Shown: piece after piece, positions 12,511 to 25,999 of the stretch
Numbering within the stretch: the first letter of the stretch is position 1
How the letters are laid out: every line of letters begins with the position of its first letter
NCBI GenBank assembly: GCA_951406725.2
Contig: OX597830.1
Location: 60,884,001 to 60,948,000 of the forward strand
DNA length: 64,000 nt
From: Octopus vulgaris
Lineage: Eukaryota
Direction: 5' to 3'
Position numbers and translations under genes: made by a program
The notes under the pieces: model-generated
Databases searched by the model: none
The model's input: only the letters and a program-made list of their open reading frames with translations
What the model was told of the DNA's origin: nothing

Positions 12511-13152
12511 AACAACAAACAAGATAAAGACAAATACCCATCAAATCACCTCAGGGTAATACTATACCAATACATTTTTCAAGTGCATTCAATGTATCTC
12601 AGTGCCAAAGATTTGGCTGCTATTTCTAGCACGCCCTGCTACCAGATAACAGCTATTTGCAATAAAGGACCCGAAATACTTGTTATGTGGTAGCAAGGCG
12701 TGCAAGAAATAGCAGCCAAATCTTTCCTTTTCTTGGGAAAGGAGCCTTTTACGCATGATTTCAATGTCACATTTGTTGAAAGCATGAGAAATAACCTGGA
12801 AAAGAAGAAAAAACTCACGAATCAAAACTCTGTTGCTAGGAAACTCAGACTTTCCAGGTGACCCAACGAGTTACAGGTAGTCTAGTAACTTCTGAATTCC
12901 ATTAGAAATTTCATCACTAACATTTGCATGTGTTTACAATATGTTACCAAAATATTTAAAGGAAGATATATTTTCCAAGTTTTACTTGATACTGTTATAT
13001 AAACTGTATATGCTGCCACCGCTATTGGAAAATGGGCCTCAACATTCACTACCATTTGCAACACATACTTTCATTGCATCAGGAAAAGTAGCAGACCTCT
13101 TATCAGGCTTCCAGAAATCCAGAAATACTGAGCAACATCATTCAATATATAC

Positions 13153-13540
13153 AGGCGCAGGAGTGGCTGTGTGGTAAGTAGCTTGCTTACCAACCACATG
13201 GTTCCGGGTTCAGTCCCACTGCGTGGCATCTTGGGCAAGTGTCTTCTGCTATAGCCCCGGGCCGACCAATGCCTTGTGAGTGGATTTGGTAGACGGAAAC
13301 TGAAAGAAGCATGTCGTATATATGTATATGTATGTGTATGTGTTTGTCCCCCTAGCATTGCTTGACAACCGATGCTGGTGTGTTTACGTCCCCGTAACTT
13401 AGCGGTTCGGCAAAAGAGACTGATAGAATAAGTAATGGGCTTACAAAGAATAAGTCCCGGGGTCGATTTGCTCGACTAAAGGCGGTGCTCCAGCATGGCC
13501 GCAGTCAAATGACTGAAACAAGTAAAAGAGTAAAAGAGAG
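13153..13540 (+). mobile_element. tRNA-derived CORE-type SINE (octopus OR-like), representative full copy
   Basis: A/B-box head (gtggctgtgtggtaag / gggttcagtccc), CORE-like cttgggcaagtg, internal microsatellite, tail ggcggtgctccagcatggccgcagtcaaatgactgaaac-(agtaaaag)n. Confidence 0.88.
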
Positions 13541-15527
13541 AGAATATCTTTTATCTTTTACTCATTTCAGTTATTTGACAGCAGCCATGCTGGGGCACTG
13601 CCCTGAGGGATTTTAGTTGAATAAATTGATTCTAGGGCTTTTTAAAGCCTGGTACTTATTCTATCAGTCACTTTTGCCAAACCACTAAGTTACTGGGATG
13701 TAAACACACCAACACCAGTTGTGAAGTGGTGATGGCAGACAAAGACAGACACATATACATCATCATCATCGTTTAATGTCCGTTTTCCACGCTAGCACGG
13801 GTTGGACGGTTCGACCGGGGTCTGGGAAGCCAGGAGGCTGCACCAGGCTCCAGTCTGATCTGGCAGTGTTTCTACAGCTGGATGCCCTTCCTAACGCCAA
13901 CCACTCCGTGAGTGTAGTGGGTGCTTTTAACGTGCCACCGGCATGGAAGCCAGTCAAGGCGGCGCTGGCATCGGCCACGTTCAGATGGTGCTTTTTACGT
14001 GCCACCGGCACAGAAGCCACATATATATATGTATATAAGAAAAAAAGAGACTAAAATATTCAGGCAGATTATATATAAAGCACTCAGTTTTAAATGAATT
14101 TGGTTAACTATATCCAACAACCAGACACCAATAAATGCAAGTAGAAAACACGTCCAAAGTAATGCCTCATGTATGACATGTAGATCCAAATATCATTTAG
14201 AAGAATTTCTAGAAATTCAGAGTATTAGACAACAGATATGTGGATAGAGATTGTTGGCTTTATACGGTGAATTCTACGATTAAAGATGTGATTTTCTCTA
14301 TCCAAATTTTTGCTGTTACACACACACACAACAAATTTCTTTCAGTTTTCATCTACCACATCCACTCACAAGGCTTTGGTCAGCCCAAGGATATAGTAGA
14401 AGATACTTGTCAGCTGTGGGACTGAACCCAGAACAATATGGTTGGGAAGCAAGTTTCTTACCACACAGCTGTGCCTATCTGTTAAATAAAATCATGTTCT
14501 TTACTATTCTTCATCTAATTTTCACTCTATAGACATTACACTGTATACATGATACAGTAAGATATATCTTAAGAATTTTAAGTGGATTAGTAAATATCAA
14601 ACAGATACTGCTTTAGAAGAGTATTAATTTGAATCTATTAAATACAATTTAATAGATGGAGGGGATGGATGAGGAGCAGATGGTAAGGAGGGTGATGAAG
14701 GCTGAAGAGGTAGGCAGCAGAATTAGGGGCAGACCTCGGTTTGTATGGATGGATGGAGTGAGGAAAGCATTGGTGGGTGGTTAGAGGTGTTGGAGTGAGA
14801 GAGAGGCAAGAGAGTTTATAAATGATAGGAAAGCTTGGAGATTGTCTGTGGATGGATGAGTGAATTTGATTTTGCTCAAAAGGGTATGGAACCAGTATGA
14901 TGTGGCGGAAGTAAACTAGAATATGCTGTCAGGACCTGCTGCTGATATTGGGGGTTGTGTTCTATGCCTTGACCCAAGAACAGGGCTCACATCTTTGAGC
15001 TGGGAAATGAATGGAATGTTTGGTGTGTATCTTGTTGTGGCTACCCACTCCTAAAAAAAATGGGGAATAAGCCCGGGTATATATGTCTAAAAAAAATAAA
15101 TAAATACAATTTAGTTCATTACATTTCATAGTTAATTTTATATTTTAAGTATATACTTTGGATGTCTTCAAGAAACTGGAAAATGCAGAATTCCTTGTCA
15201 CTTCTGGTCCCTAGCTTGCAGGATATTTGGTCTGTTCTTGTACTTAAAAATTTGTCAGGATAACCAACTTTGCTGAGAATTTCCCATAATGCAACACAGT
15301 TCAATGAATTAAAGTCCTTAATGAGGACAACGGAGTAGTGATAGATGTTTGGGCTGTAGCTATGCTGTGGTAATGTCTTGAAGGGTTTTAGCTAATTACA
15401 TTGACACCCAGACCTTATATTTAAGTTAGGAACTTTCTTTTTATCAGATTGGTAAGTAATGAGACATAACCACAGACCCCATGTTTTCAGACAGTATTAA
15501 ACATAAAAACAGATGTGGAAACTGTAA

Positions 15528-15947
15528 CATACCTATTTCTTTATTGCCCTCAAGGGGCTAAACATAGAGGGGACAAACAAGGACAGACATAGGTATTAAG
15601 TCGATTACATCGACCCCAGTGCATAACTGGTACATAATTTATCGACCCCGAAAGGATGAAAGGCAAAGTCGACCTCGGCAGAATGTGAACTCAGAACATA
15701 ACGACAGACGAAATACCTATTTCTTTATTACCCACAAGGGGCTAAACATATAGGGGACAAACAAGGACAGACATAGGTATTAAGTCGGTTACATTGACCC
15801 CAGTGCGTAACTGGTACTTATTTTATCGACCCCGAAAGGATGAAAGGCAAAGTCAACCTTGGCGGAATTTGAACTCACGACGTAATGGCAGACGAAATGC
15901 TGCTAAGCATCTCGCCCGATGTGCTGACATTTCTGCCAGCTCGCCGC
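15528..15947 (-). mobile_element. Meta-domain-like SINE with tandemly duplicated 3' part (related copies at about 22188-22348, 34362-34985, 50533-50760)
   Basis: Minus strand gcggcgagctggcagaa..gagttcaaattcc..gtcgactttgcctttcatcctttcggggtcgataaa..taagtaccagtt. A unit of about 185 bp is repeated twice. Confidence 0.8.
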
Positions 15948-17975
15948 AACTGTAACATACCAACACATACACACATCATATCATCATCATAGCTACAATG
16001 TTCATATAGTCCCAAGCAAACACAGACATCCTCTCAGTCCTTCCACTCTTAGCTCAGTAGAACATCCAGGATATAAGTCATGAAAGGATATTGTACCAGC
16101 ATTAAGCCAGTACAACCCCAAAAGATGAAAGGTTAAACTTGATCTCGGTGGGGTTTGAACTCAGTGTGCAGAGAGTTGGAAGAACAGTTTGCAATAAATC
16201 TACCAGTACTCGAATGACTCTGCAATTGACCAATTACACACATGCATGCACATCTATTGTTAGAGCCTGGAGGACTATGACAAACAAGAGGGGACTGAGA
16301 ACCAATCCCTTGTGAACTCCTACCGGCACTGGCATCGGCGTGATGTTTTGTATTTACTGGTGAGTGCAAAGTTACTTAAGTTTGTGTTCTGATATTTTAG
16401 ACAAATTCCTTTGTCAGAGAGTAAGGAAAATTTTTGTTTGTCCTAAATCCATGAGAGCATCAATATGGAGGGGGAAGAACTGGGAAATAGCTGGAAATTA
16501 GCTGTTTTGCATGCAGAGGAGGAAAGTGGCAAGAGAGAGAAGAGAAAGAGGAGGAGAATTTGGAAGCAGAGAGAAAATAAGAAGGAAAGGATTAGAATGA
16601 GAAGAAAGGGAAGGAATATTGATAAGGTTAAGGCAGAAAGTGTTTATTTCATTTCTTTGCTGGTCTGATCAAGAATTTTGTCAATAACATTATTCACACA
16701 TGAATAGCTGGAATCAACCTGCTGGCACCCAATCCCCCCACCCTGACTATGCCGCAATGTGGATTGCAAAGATACTTGCATAATTTGGTTCCTTCTTAAT
16801 ACTTATAGCAATTCCATTGACTCATGTCTAAAGCTTCACTTGAAAAAGTGAACGAATTGGAGTTGTGTGGTATTTTGCAATAGTTTCATTAACAATTGAG
16901 CTGTGACCTGTTGGATTAATTTGCCTCAATACTTTATGGACCTCCTTAAATCAAAACTATGCATACCATGAACTGGTTGGACAGAATGATGCAAGCATTA
17001 TCATAAGATGGGATGCATTTGATGAAGGGAAGTTCATTGCTGTTAGGTAATCCACAGTTTCAATAGTGTCCAAAAGTATCCCATGCTGAATGAAACCTTA
17101 AGTGTGGCACAAAAGCATAATAAAAACAGACAAATGAGTTATGTGGTATTTTGCAATAGTTTCATTAACAGTCTGTATTGAAGCATAAACATAATACAGT
17201 CAGCTCTGCAATATGCAGATCATCCATATAAGATTATATATGTTATGCAACTCTCAACTCATCAGGCTAACCAAACACACCCATGAGCTGTGGCATGTTG
17301 GATTAGTCAACAGATTCTCAATAAATGAAATTTCTAATTTGAATAACCAGCATTTAAAAAAATATAAAGTGGGTGGGACTACAATCTGTCAATTAAATGA
17401 TGGCAGAGAGCAGAATGAGAATGGATGTGAAGAACAGTTAAAGACTTCAAAGCATTTCTATTCCAAAAATGTCATTCGACTTAGCAACCTCATTCATCAA
17501 GGCTAGTAGTGGCACAACAGTGGATAGTATACCAGTGGATAGTAAGCACTAAGCATGACATCTAACTCTGTTGAAACGTCAAAGAACAGCTGCAGACTAT
17601 AATCTTAAAAAAGAAAAGAAAAAGAGAACATTTACAGTGTTATATTGCTTTAGAGAGTTAACTACACAAAGGATTGTCATGGTTGATAAATTCCGGCATT
17701 ACTTATTCACTTGATTAATTAATCTTGATAAAAGTACTCTGATTAATTATTGAAGAACTAATAGAGTATTAGTTCCAATCAATGAAGGTTCAGGTGGAGG
17801 CACATGGCCTAGTGGTTAGAGCAGCGGACTTGCGGTCGAGGGATCGTGGGTTCGAATCTCAGACCGGGCGTTGTGTGTGTTTATGAGCGAATCACCTAAG
17901 CTCCACGCGGCTCCGGCAGAAGGTAATGGCAAACTTCTGCTGACTCTTTCGCCACAACTTTCTCTCACTCTTTCC

Positions 17976-18371
17976 CGGTTTGAACGGCAGTTTTTTCTAG
18001 CGGCGTCATATGAAATTGTCACCCATAATTATAACCCTAGTATCGATCTATTGCATTTCAATCTGTTTTAGGGTTAGGAGGAATGGTATCTTTTTTTCTT
18101 CACAAATGTAAATAAACTTAATCTGTTTCTTAAACGAGGGACATATTCATACAGCACAGAATGTTTTTTTACTTCAATAGACATCAGTGATTGGTTGAAA
18201 TTGCAGAAATTGAAGAAAAAAACAACAAATATCTTACAAACGATAGAATTTTCTCAAGAAAGCCAAGAGAAAAAGATGTTTTATAAACACATTCTACCAG
18301 TATACGAAGTTTAAAATTTTTTAGTTACCTAGAAATTATGTTAAAAACTGCCGTTCAAACCGAAACGATCC
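17976..18371. mobile_element. MITE with a perfect 20-bp inverted repeat
   Basis: cggtttgaacggcagttttt (17976) / aaaaactgccgttcaaaccg (18343-18362). Internal ttagggttagg. The left end abuts a truncated SINE. Confidence 0.7.
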
Positions 18372-18804
18372 GTTCATTTTGATTCTCTATTTTCAGGGTG
18401 ATCCAAGCACACAAAATACCTATTTTGCAATTTCGTGTCGAAGTGCAATGAAGTAACAAGTATCTACTAACAAGTGCCCATGTGCAAAGGACAGGCTGAA
18501 GCTAGTTACTCGTTTGAGTGTTTAAAGTTTAGTATCAATAAAAACCAAATATATAGTTGATCAGTATATTACTGCTTATGGTATGTAACTAGTCACAATG
18601 TTACTGTTGGTTTCACGCTGTGAAGTGCAGCAGTTGATGAGAAATTAATGGTAACATTCTCACCAGTTATATATCAAAACTAGTAATAATATAAAGCTCA
18701 GCGGTATACAAATATAACCTCTCTCTTTCTCATGTTGGGTGAACTTTTCCCGACTTACGAATAACTGATAAATACACACACACATAAATGATCTCTCTCC
18801 CTCT

Positions 18805-18997
18805 CTATACTCTTTTACTTGTTTCAGTCATTTGGCCGCGGCCATGCTGGAGCACCGCCTTTAATCGAGCAACTCGACCCTGGGACTTATTCTTTTGTAA
18901 GCCCAGTACTTATTCTATCAGTCTCTTTTGCCGAACCGCTGAGTAACGGGGACATAAACACACCAGCATCGGTTGTCAAGCAATGCTAGAGGGACAA

Positions 18998-19028
<31 letters not shown>

Positions 19029-19190
19029 CATATATACGACGGGCTTCTTTCAGTTTCCGTCTACCAAATCCACTCACAAGGCTTTGGTCGGCCCGATGCT
19101 ATAGTAGAAGACACTTGCCCAAGATGTCACGCTGTGGGACTAAACCCGGAACCATGTGGTTGGTAAAGAAGCTACTTACCACACAGCCAT
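18805..19190 (-). mobile_element. Same SINE, near-full copy
   Basis: Reverse complement match. Confidence 0.88.
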
Positions 19191-19787
19191 ATATTTATAT
19201 ACATACAAATTACACATATTAATGATATATATATATATAGTGTTTAATTTGAATTTAACCAATGTTCGTTATGCATACACAAATGTCTGTGTTGGTGTGC
19301 CGACTGTTACCTTTAAGGGGTGTATAGTAAAGGTTGATGGTAGAAGTTTAAGGGATGAACCTAATATAATATGAAAGCATGGTCTTGATGGGCGTAGGCC
19401 TTTTACATTAGCAAACAAAAATTTAGAATATATACCGGCTAATAAACCTATATAATAATAGTTAGTATGGATGTTATAAATTGAGAGATAACCTAAACAA
19501 CAGCGAGCAACTTGGTAGCTATAATGATATAAGAAACGTCCTCTTCTAGGTTGTAATATCTATAGGTTGAATTCAAGAAAATTCGAAGCGCGGGAACTGT
19601 AGATGTATCATAGCACCCAGATTCTTCAACAGATCAAATAGGAGCCAAAGTGAAAGTTAGAGAAACCGAAAATACATCGGAAGAGCTCGACCAATGTTGG
19701 TTATCTCATCGCAGTCTCAATCACCAGACATTTGTATTACCAACACGTTAGCTTACAATAAAATAAATATAAGTGAATAATTAAAAC

Positions 19788-19791
<4 letters not shown>

Positions 19792-19876
<85 letters not shown>
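19792..19876. repeat. (AT)n-(GA)n microsatellite
   Basis: Direct reading. Confidence 0.95.
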
Positions 19877-19877
<1 letters not shown>

Positions 19878-21005
19878 GAGTCAAAGGGGAAGACTAGGAT
19901 TGTTCAATCGGCTAGAAATAGCAGCCAAATTCATCCTGCTGTCTTGAAAAGAGAAGGACATTGGGGAGAAGGTAGTCCTAGATTTGCAATATCGTGGAGG
20001 AGGATCGAATGGCTATGGTTGGATTGCGGTTGCACAATAGCAATAATACACAGAAAAATTAGATCAATATTGAAGGATTGACCATATAAACCAGAGACCA
20101 GTGATCAATCATATCCATTGCTTGTATTTATTATTGGCAATAATAAAAAAATATTTCTAAATATCTGCTCACTATTTGGGTGCAAAGAGAAAAAAAGCAA
20201 ATATTTTTCATGGAAGAAAAATATTTTCAGAAATTATTTGAGCGCTTGAAAAAAATTCATTTGTACTCATTTAGTACAAAAAGACAAAATAGATCTTTTT
20301 ACTATTTTACTCACCACACATTAAACACACGGTCATGGATGAGTGATTCTATAGAATTGACACTGAAATATCTATGTATATCATCATCAACGTCTACAAA
20401 AAATTATTTTCTTTAAAATAAACTGTTCCGAAAGACAGTTTAAATAAAGAGCATTGCTACTTTCATTGTCTTATTATCTGTGTATCAGACAAAAGACAAA
20501 CTATGTCTATTTTGTGTGTGACTTTTCGCCCACTCTGTGCTTTAATTTTTAAAATAAATTGAGTAAAACAAATAAAATGATGAATACACACACGTACTCG
20601 TACATGGGGAACAAAATGATTAATAATACCGTAGTATGTCAAATATTTAGGTGCGTGACTTCTGGCCCACCCTGTATAATATATGCACCTATATTAATGT
20701 CGATATATTATATAAACCTTATTTTATGGGTGTGTGTGATTTACCATAAGTAGTTTCATATCTATATTTCTTATTTTTACCCATCAATCTATCACTACTT
20801 GAGTAAAGCTTAACTTTCAAGCAAGTATATATTCATTTGTTAAAAAACCCAAGCGACGTCAGGTTCTTGAAAATTAATTAATTTTACGATAAACGTTAAT
20901 TACTCACTTTCCCTCTCGTTTATATACTGCAACACGCATATACCTACAGATATTTTTATACGTCTACGCATAAATATTAGTGTGTATATATATGTGTGTA
21001 AGTGT

Positions 21006-21323
21006 GGTACTATTTGAGAACAGTGGTCCCGGTGCGCGCTCTAGCGTACTCGCGCATCCGCGCCAGCTAGTCATGACTAGTCGATCTTTACTTTGCGTTT
21101 TTGTGTTATTTACTTTGTTTAAAAAATTATTTACTTTGTGTTTTTGCGTTTTATTTGCTTTGTTTAACAAAAATTACTTACTTTGTGCAAAAAAAATTAT
21201 CTATTTTGTGTTTTAGTTACTTTTGATAGGTACTCGTTTTAGGATCGACTAGTCACGACTAGCTAGCGCGGATGCGCGACTGCGCGTGTGCGCGCACCGG
21301 GACCACTGTTCGCTAGTAGTACC
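21006..21323. mobile_element. Merlin-like MITE with 9-bp TSD (same family)
   Basis: Same TIRs and T-rich core. TSD tgtaagtgt at 20997-21005 and 21324-21332. Confidence 0.85.
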
Positions 21324-21329
21324 TGTAAG

Positions 21330-21361
21330 TGTATCACAAGCTGCGGGTCTATGTGTATATG

Positions 21362-21392
<31 letters not shown>

Positions 21393-21910
21393 ATCTAGGT
21401 GCGTGTGTGTGTAGAGTTCATAGTCCGCCATATCAGTGTTGTAGGTTTAACGGAATCTTTGAATAAAAAAAACGAACAGCTTTTTCTCGACCTTTATTCT
21501 GAAACTGATCGTCACATGTGGTGGAACCATGTCGGACGACGGACGTATACCCGACGTGAACGAGAGTGTAAGGGCTTCCAGTGTCCCCCAACACGCCACA
21601 GATAGTTCTGAATTGATAACAGACACAGTGCAAGTGCAAATGAAAGACTCTAAAGATAATTTCGATAAATTATATGTCGATCAAGAGGCACCAACGATAC
21701 CAAAACGCCGGTTAGTCGCACCGATTCTCTTCAATTATGTTTCTTACTATTTTTTATTGGCCCCACCCTTTTTGTTATTGTAAAAAATTTACTTATTATA
21801 CAAGCTGCAAATTATTATAGCCGGAGAAATTCGCATTTTTACACAATTGTCCGAATATCGATGTCTAAATTCTACCCCAGAAATGTTAACCGGAAGTGAC
21901 CTCTGCAGAA
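21330..21910 (+). promoter_or_regulatory. Putative AGPS promoter/first-exon region
   Basis: CpG-retaining zone around exon 1. YY1-like ccgccat near 21425 and ETS-type ACCGGAAGTG at 21889-21898. Confidence 0.5.
21529..21710 (+). CDS. AGPS: Alkylglycerone-phosphate synthase, coding exon 1
   Basis: gaaccATG start. Reads MSDDGRIPDV...EAPTIPKR(R), and the end matches the AGPS 'TIPKKRQE' motif. Donor gttagt at 21711, phase 2, joins in frame to the next exon. Lies in a CpG-retaining zone. Confidence 0.85.
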
Positions 21911-24900
21911 GCAAATGGAAGGAATCATTCCATTGTAAACATTTTCTCTTTGATATTTACATTAACACGTTTGCTTTTGTTTACCTGTATATAAGGAACC
22001 TATACATATAATATCATATAAGGTGGATCGGTGGGCAGAACGTGAAGGATTTACACCTTTTTTTGACTTTGAGGGAAAATGTATTTCTTACAAATGTCCA
22101 CTACTTTACTAAAACTATATCGGTTAAGCAAGTGACCGTCTGTAAATGCATTAAAAACACTAAAACATATTCAGAAAATTCAAAAAAATTCAAATTCCGC
22201 CGAGGTCGACTTTGCCTTTCATCCTTTCGGGGTCGATAAATTAAGTACCAGTTACGCACTGGGATCGATGTAACCGACTTAATCCCTTTGTCTGTCCTTG
22301 TTTGTCCCCTCTGTGTTTAGCCCCTTGTGGGGTGGGTAGTAAAGAAATATATAACATATTCAGAAAAACTATTTCAGAAAATTGTCACCGTTCTCGTTGT
22401 GCATATAAACGAAAAATTTAGCTGGGACAAAATGAATAAGACAAGACTAGATAATTTTACTTCTTCAGTTCTTCAGAATTACAGTTGAAAAAAAAAGACT
22501 CCTTAATTCTCCAGAATTACATTTGAAGAAAGACTCATACACATCAATATCTATCCTTTGAACATCAGAAAGTTCAGAAATGCAACACAAATTAAAAATA
22601 TCTAGGTCAAATAAAAGAGGGTCATGGAAAAATGGCACCTGATATAAAATTAACGAAACTCGACTAAATCTAAAAGCTCCACTTTAAAATTATATCTATA
22701 TCTCCTTCAAGATCTGCTGGAGTGGCACTCTCCCTGATATATTTGCACACCGTGCAGTTAAAGAGAAGAAATAATTTAAATTAGTTATTACTCATTTTGC
22801 CCCTATTTAGACATCATTTTCTGAAAATTGAAAATTTTCAAATTAGACATTAATGTGGGAAAATATTGACTTGGAATCAACATAGCAAAGAATATTGATT
22901 GTGAAACACAAAAAATTACCCAGATATTTCATTAGCAACCTCAACTACAATTGGGTCAAAGTTGAAGAAAAATTTCTTGAAATAAGAGTACCAGTCACCT
23001 ATGTTTCAAACTTTCTCAACTTCAACAACAGCAACTATGCTCTACAATTTTTACTCTCAAAGATGATGCAACAGTAGAAAATGATGATACAATACTTGCA
23101 ATTTAATAACTTCAAGTTGGTAGGGAGAAAATAATGAGAAACGAGAAATTACTTGTTTTGCCCTGGCTACCAATTTTACATCCCATCCTATACAGTAAAC
23201 GAAAATAAAATTGTAATGTAAATATTGGAGAAAATGTATTTAGATTAATCTTGTAACAGTTTGTATACTGTTGGTTTTTCTCTCGAAAAATTATTGAAAA
23301 GTGAGCAATTCTTCAAGAGATCATAGAACTGAGCCTTGTGGTGGTCATTCATACATATATAAAAGGGCATTAGTGGGTGTCAGTGAGGATAAGAACAGGG
23401 AATATATATGAATTACTTATATTTTGTTTGAATTTCCCTGGTTTTGGTAACATTATTCATTGAGTCTGCAGTTACATATATTGAGAATCTGTTTTGGTAA
23501 TTGTGGTGTTAACTGAAACAGTTAATTATATTTGTAAACAGTGGCAATTGAAATGGAAAGAAGGTGGTTCTAACTAGGAATCAAAGCTTGAGAGTTCAAA
23601 CAAATGCTTGCTTGACCTAATTGAAATAGTAGCTAAATGATCTGAGCTAAATCTCCTTTAGATAATTAATACCTTACTGAAAACTAGAAAGATATTGTAA
23701 TCCTAGATATATACCATGTCTGATGGCGTGGCTTCAATAAAAACACCTGATGATAGCCTTGTTCAATGAGGGTTGACCATGGATGGCATTTTACATATAT
23801 TGTGTTTTATGTGAGCTGCCTGGCAAAGTTAAGGACCATTTGGGCAGTAAGAAGGTCAAGTTATGTCACTGTTGCCAAGACTTATTTATTAAGTCAAAAC
23901 AGTGTAAAGAAATATTAGTTACAACTGTCAATCCTCTTTTGGTTGTTGGCAATAATGTGATGTCGTATTAACATAAATGCGAAACGTTTTGAGCCACTGA
24001 CAATTGAATTTTCAGTATAACTTTGATAGGATTTACAATTTACTGGTATGTTCCAAGAGCAAAGACTTCAATTTGAGACAATAACCAACCATCTAGTTTC
24101 CTACAATCCTTAGATAAACTCTTCTTACAGGAACCCCATAAACTGGAGCATCAGTTCTCTTTCAGTATTCTATTCTTATAAAAGGTTATTGCTAATTGGA
24201 AATCTATCTGAATAGTAGCAATTGTGATTCTATCAGAGAGCTGCTTATTTACAATTTACTATAACTATTTACAATGTAGTCTGAATCAGTGGATGTCTAC
24301 TGACTTTGCCAACACTGAAAAATACCCCCCTCCGACTCACTTTCATTTTCACACACCCACAAATATTGTCAGACACTGTCTGTGTTGTGGTGCAGGTTTT
24401 GGTCTCCAAGAATGCTCTTCATTTAGTGTCTGAGGTGGCCAGTACATCACTTTGATAAAATTAGTGTTCAGAGTGAACCCCACCAACTTACATACAAAAA
24501 GCATGGAATGGTGGAAAATGGTTTCATGTGCAGGCTCCCTGCTGGGTCGTCAAAGCTTGATCACAATTATTGGCATCTTTTGTCAAAAATGAGTTTTTAT
24601 TGGATTTCCCCCTAAAATTAGTATCTGCTTATAAAAATTTTGGTCAATGTAGGCACAATTGTTTAAGGAACACAAAATAAAAGTTGCTATTGCTAGGTGT
24701 AATTAGGCTTCAAGAAATTTGTTAAAAAAATATGAATGAATGTGAACTCAAGCATTAAAGTAGTTGCTCAGTTGAACTGGTTAATTGAAAAAGTGAACCA
24801 AAGTATAGAATGTATCCCAAGATAGTGTATTGAAACTGAAAGGTGCCCATATCTAGGCTTGTTTGTCCACAGAACAACTAATATGGACTTTAGTATATCT

Positions 24901-25460
24901 CAAGGTGAAATGCTAGTGGGGTGAGAAATAGTTAAGGGATGGCCTACATTGTTACTTAGTTTTCTGAGAAACTGATCAAGTGACAGTTTTAATTACCAGC
25001 AATGAGGTGATCTTGTCTGGGTGAGATAATGTGAGCATTGAAGGGTATGAGTCATAAAAATAATCAAGAAGAGTGATTATTATGAAGGTTTTGATGAATG
25101 TTATGTTAATATCATTATGGAAAATTATGGAGTAGAAACTAATAACACAATGTAACACATGTTTTGTTTATTTGTATTTTTTAATGCTCATATAAGCATT
25201 TTTTGCCACTAAATTAAAAAAGTCCCATTCATTTTGATGTAACATCGATAGTTATTTATTTATTCCTAATTTCATATTTGCTCGTTATATTTGTAACTTT
25301 TCTCTACGGCACTTTGTTGGTTCAATCTATTCTAGTATTGTAAGGATAATTACTCAACATTTAGTAATTTTTCATTTATTGGAAAGTATTTAGGATATAT
25401 AATATTAGAACAAAAAGAAGCAATAAAACTCTGCACTGTAATGCCTTGATAACACTTTTC

Positions 25461-25890
25461 TTAAGATGAGAAGTGCTTTGACGATCGAGATTTTCTAGAG
25501 TGTATACCTTCATCTCTTCTGACTAGAGACCATATAAAATCTTCCATCATAGCAGTATCCCATCGTCCTTGGTATCTTCTTTCCATTGTTGTGATGTCCT
25601 GATGAAATCTTTCACCATGCTCCTTACTGACGTCACCCAAGTTTTCGGGGAAAAATCTAGGTGCGAGTGCAAAAAATGAACCTTTAAGGACATACGACAA
25701 CCCATTTTCTTGAAGTTTTCAATAAGCTTTGCTACCAGCTGTTTGTAATTAGGATCCTTGTGATTGCATAGGAATCCGCGAACTACATCACGAAATGCAC
25801 ACCAAGCATCTTTTTCAACTTTTGTCATCGTTCTTTCCAGTTTCTTTGACTTTAACATTGCATTTACTTGGGGCCCCAAAAATATGTGCC
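25461..25890 (-). mobile_element. Chapaev3-like (CMC) transposase C-terminal fragment
   Basis: IFLGPQV..MGCRMSLKVHFLHSHLDF / FPENLGDVSKEHGERFHQDI..MERRYQGRW, with one frameshift. Confidence 0.8.
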
Positions 25891-25999
25891 CTGAGTGGTT
25901 CACTCCCCACTCACCTAATACTACACTACTGAGTTAGTATGCACTCATGATTGTTACTGTCTGCCCTGGTTGAGTAGACCTCTGGTCAAAGGCAGTCTA

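Larger units (their letters stand above)
12175..12546. mobile_element. Inverted pair of hammerhead-bearing, tRNA-headed element (family H1), locus 1
   Basis: 12175-12345 is the reverse complement of 12395-12546. A B-box remnant gagttcaattcc (12365-12376) lies between the arms. Same sequence occurs at 46489-46901. Confidence 0.85.

Noticed and set aside
12720-12870. Possible exon (open on both strands, minus-strand acceptor-like tract)
   Set aside because: No recognisable homology and no convincing partner splice site.
23745-23780. ctgatga motif as hammerhead or C-box
   Set aside because: No stem II-GAAA follows and no snoRNA terminal stem is seen.
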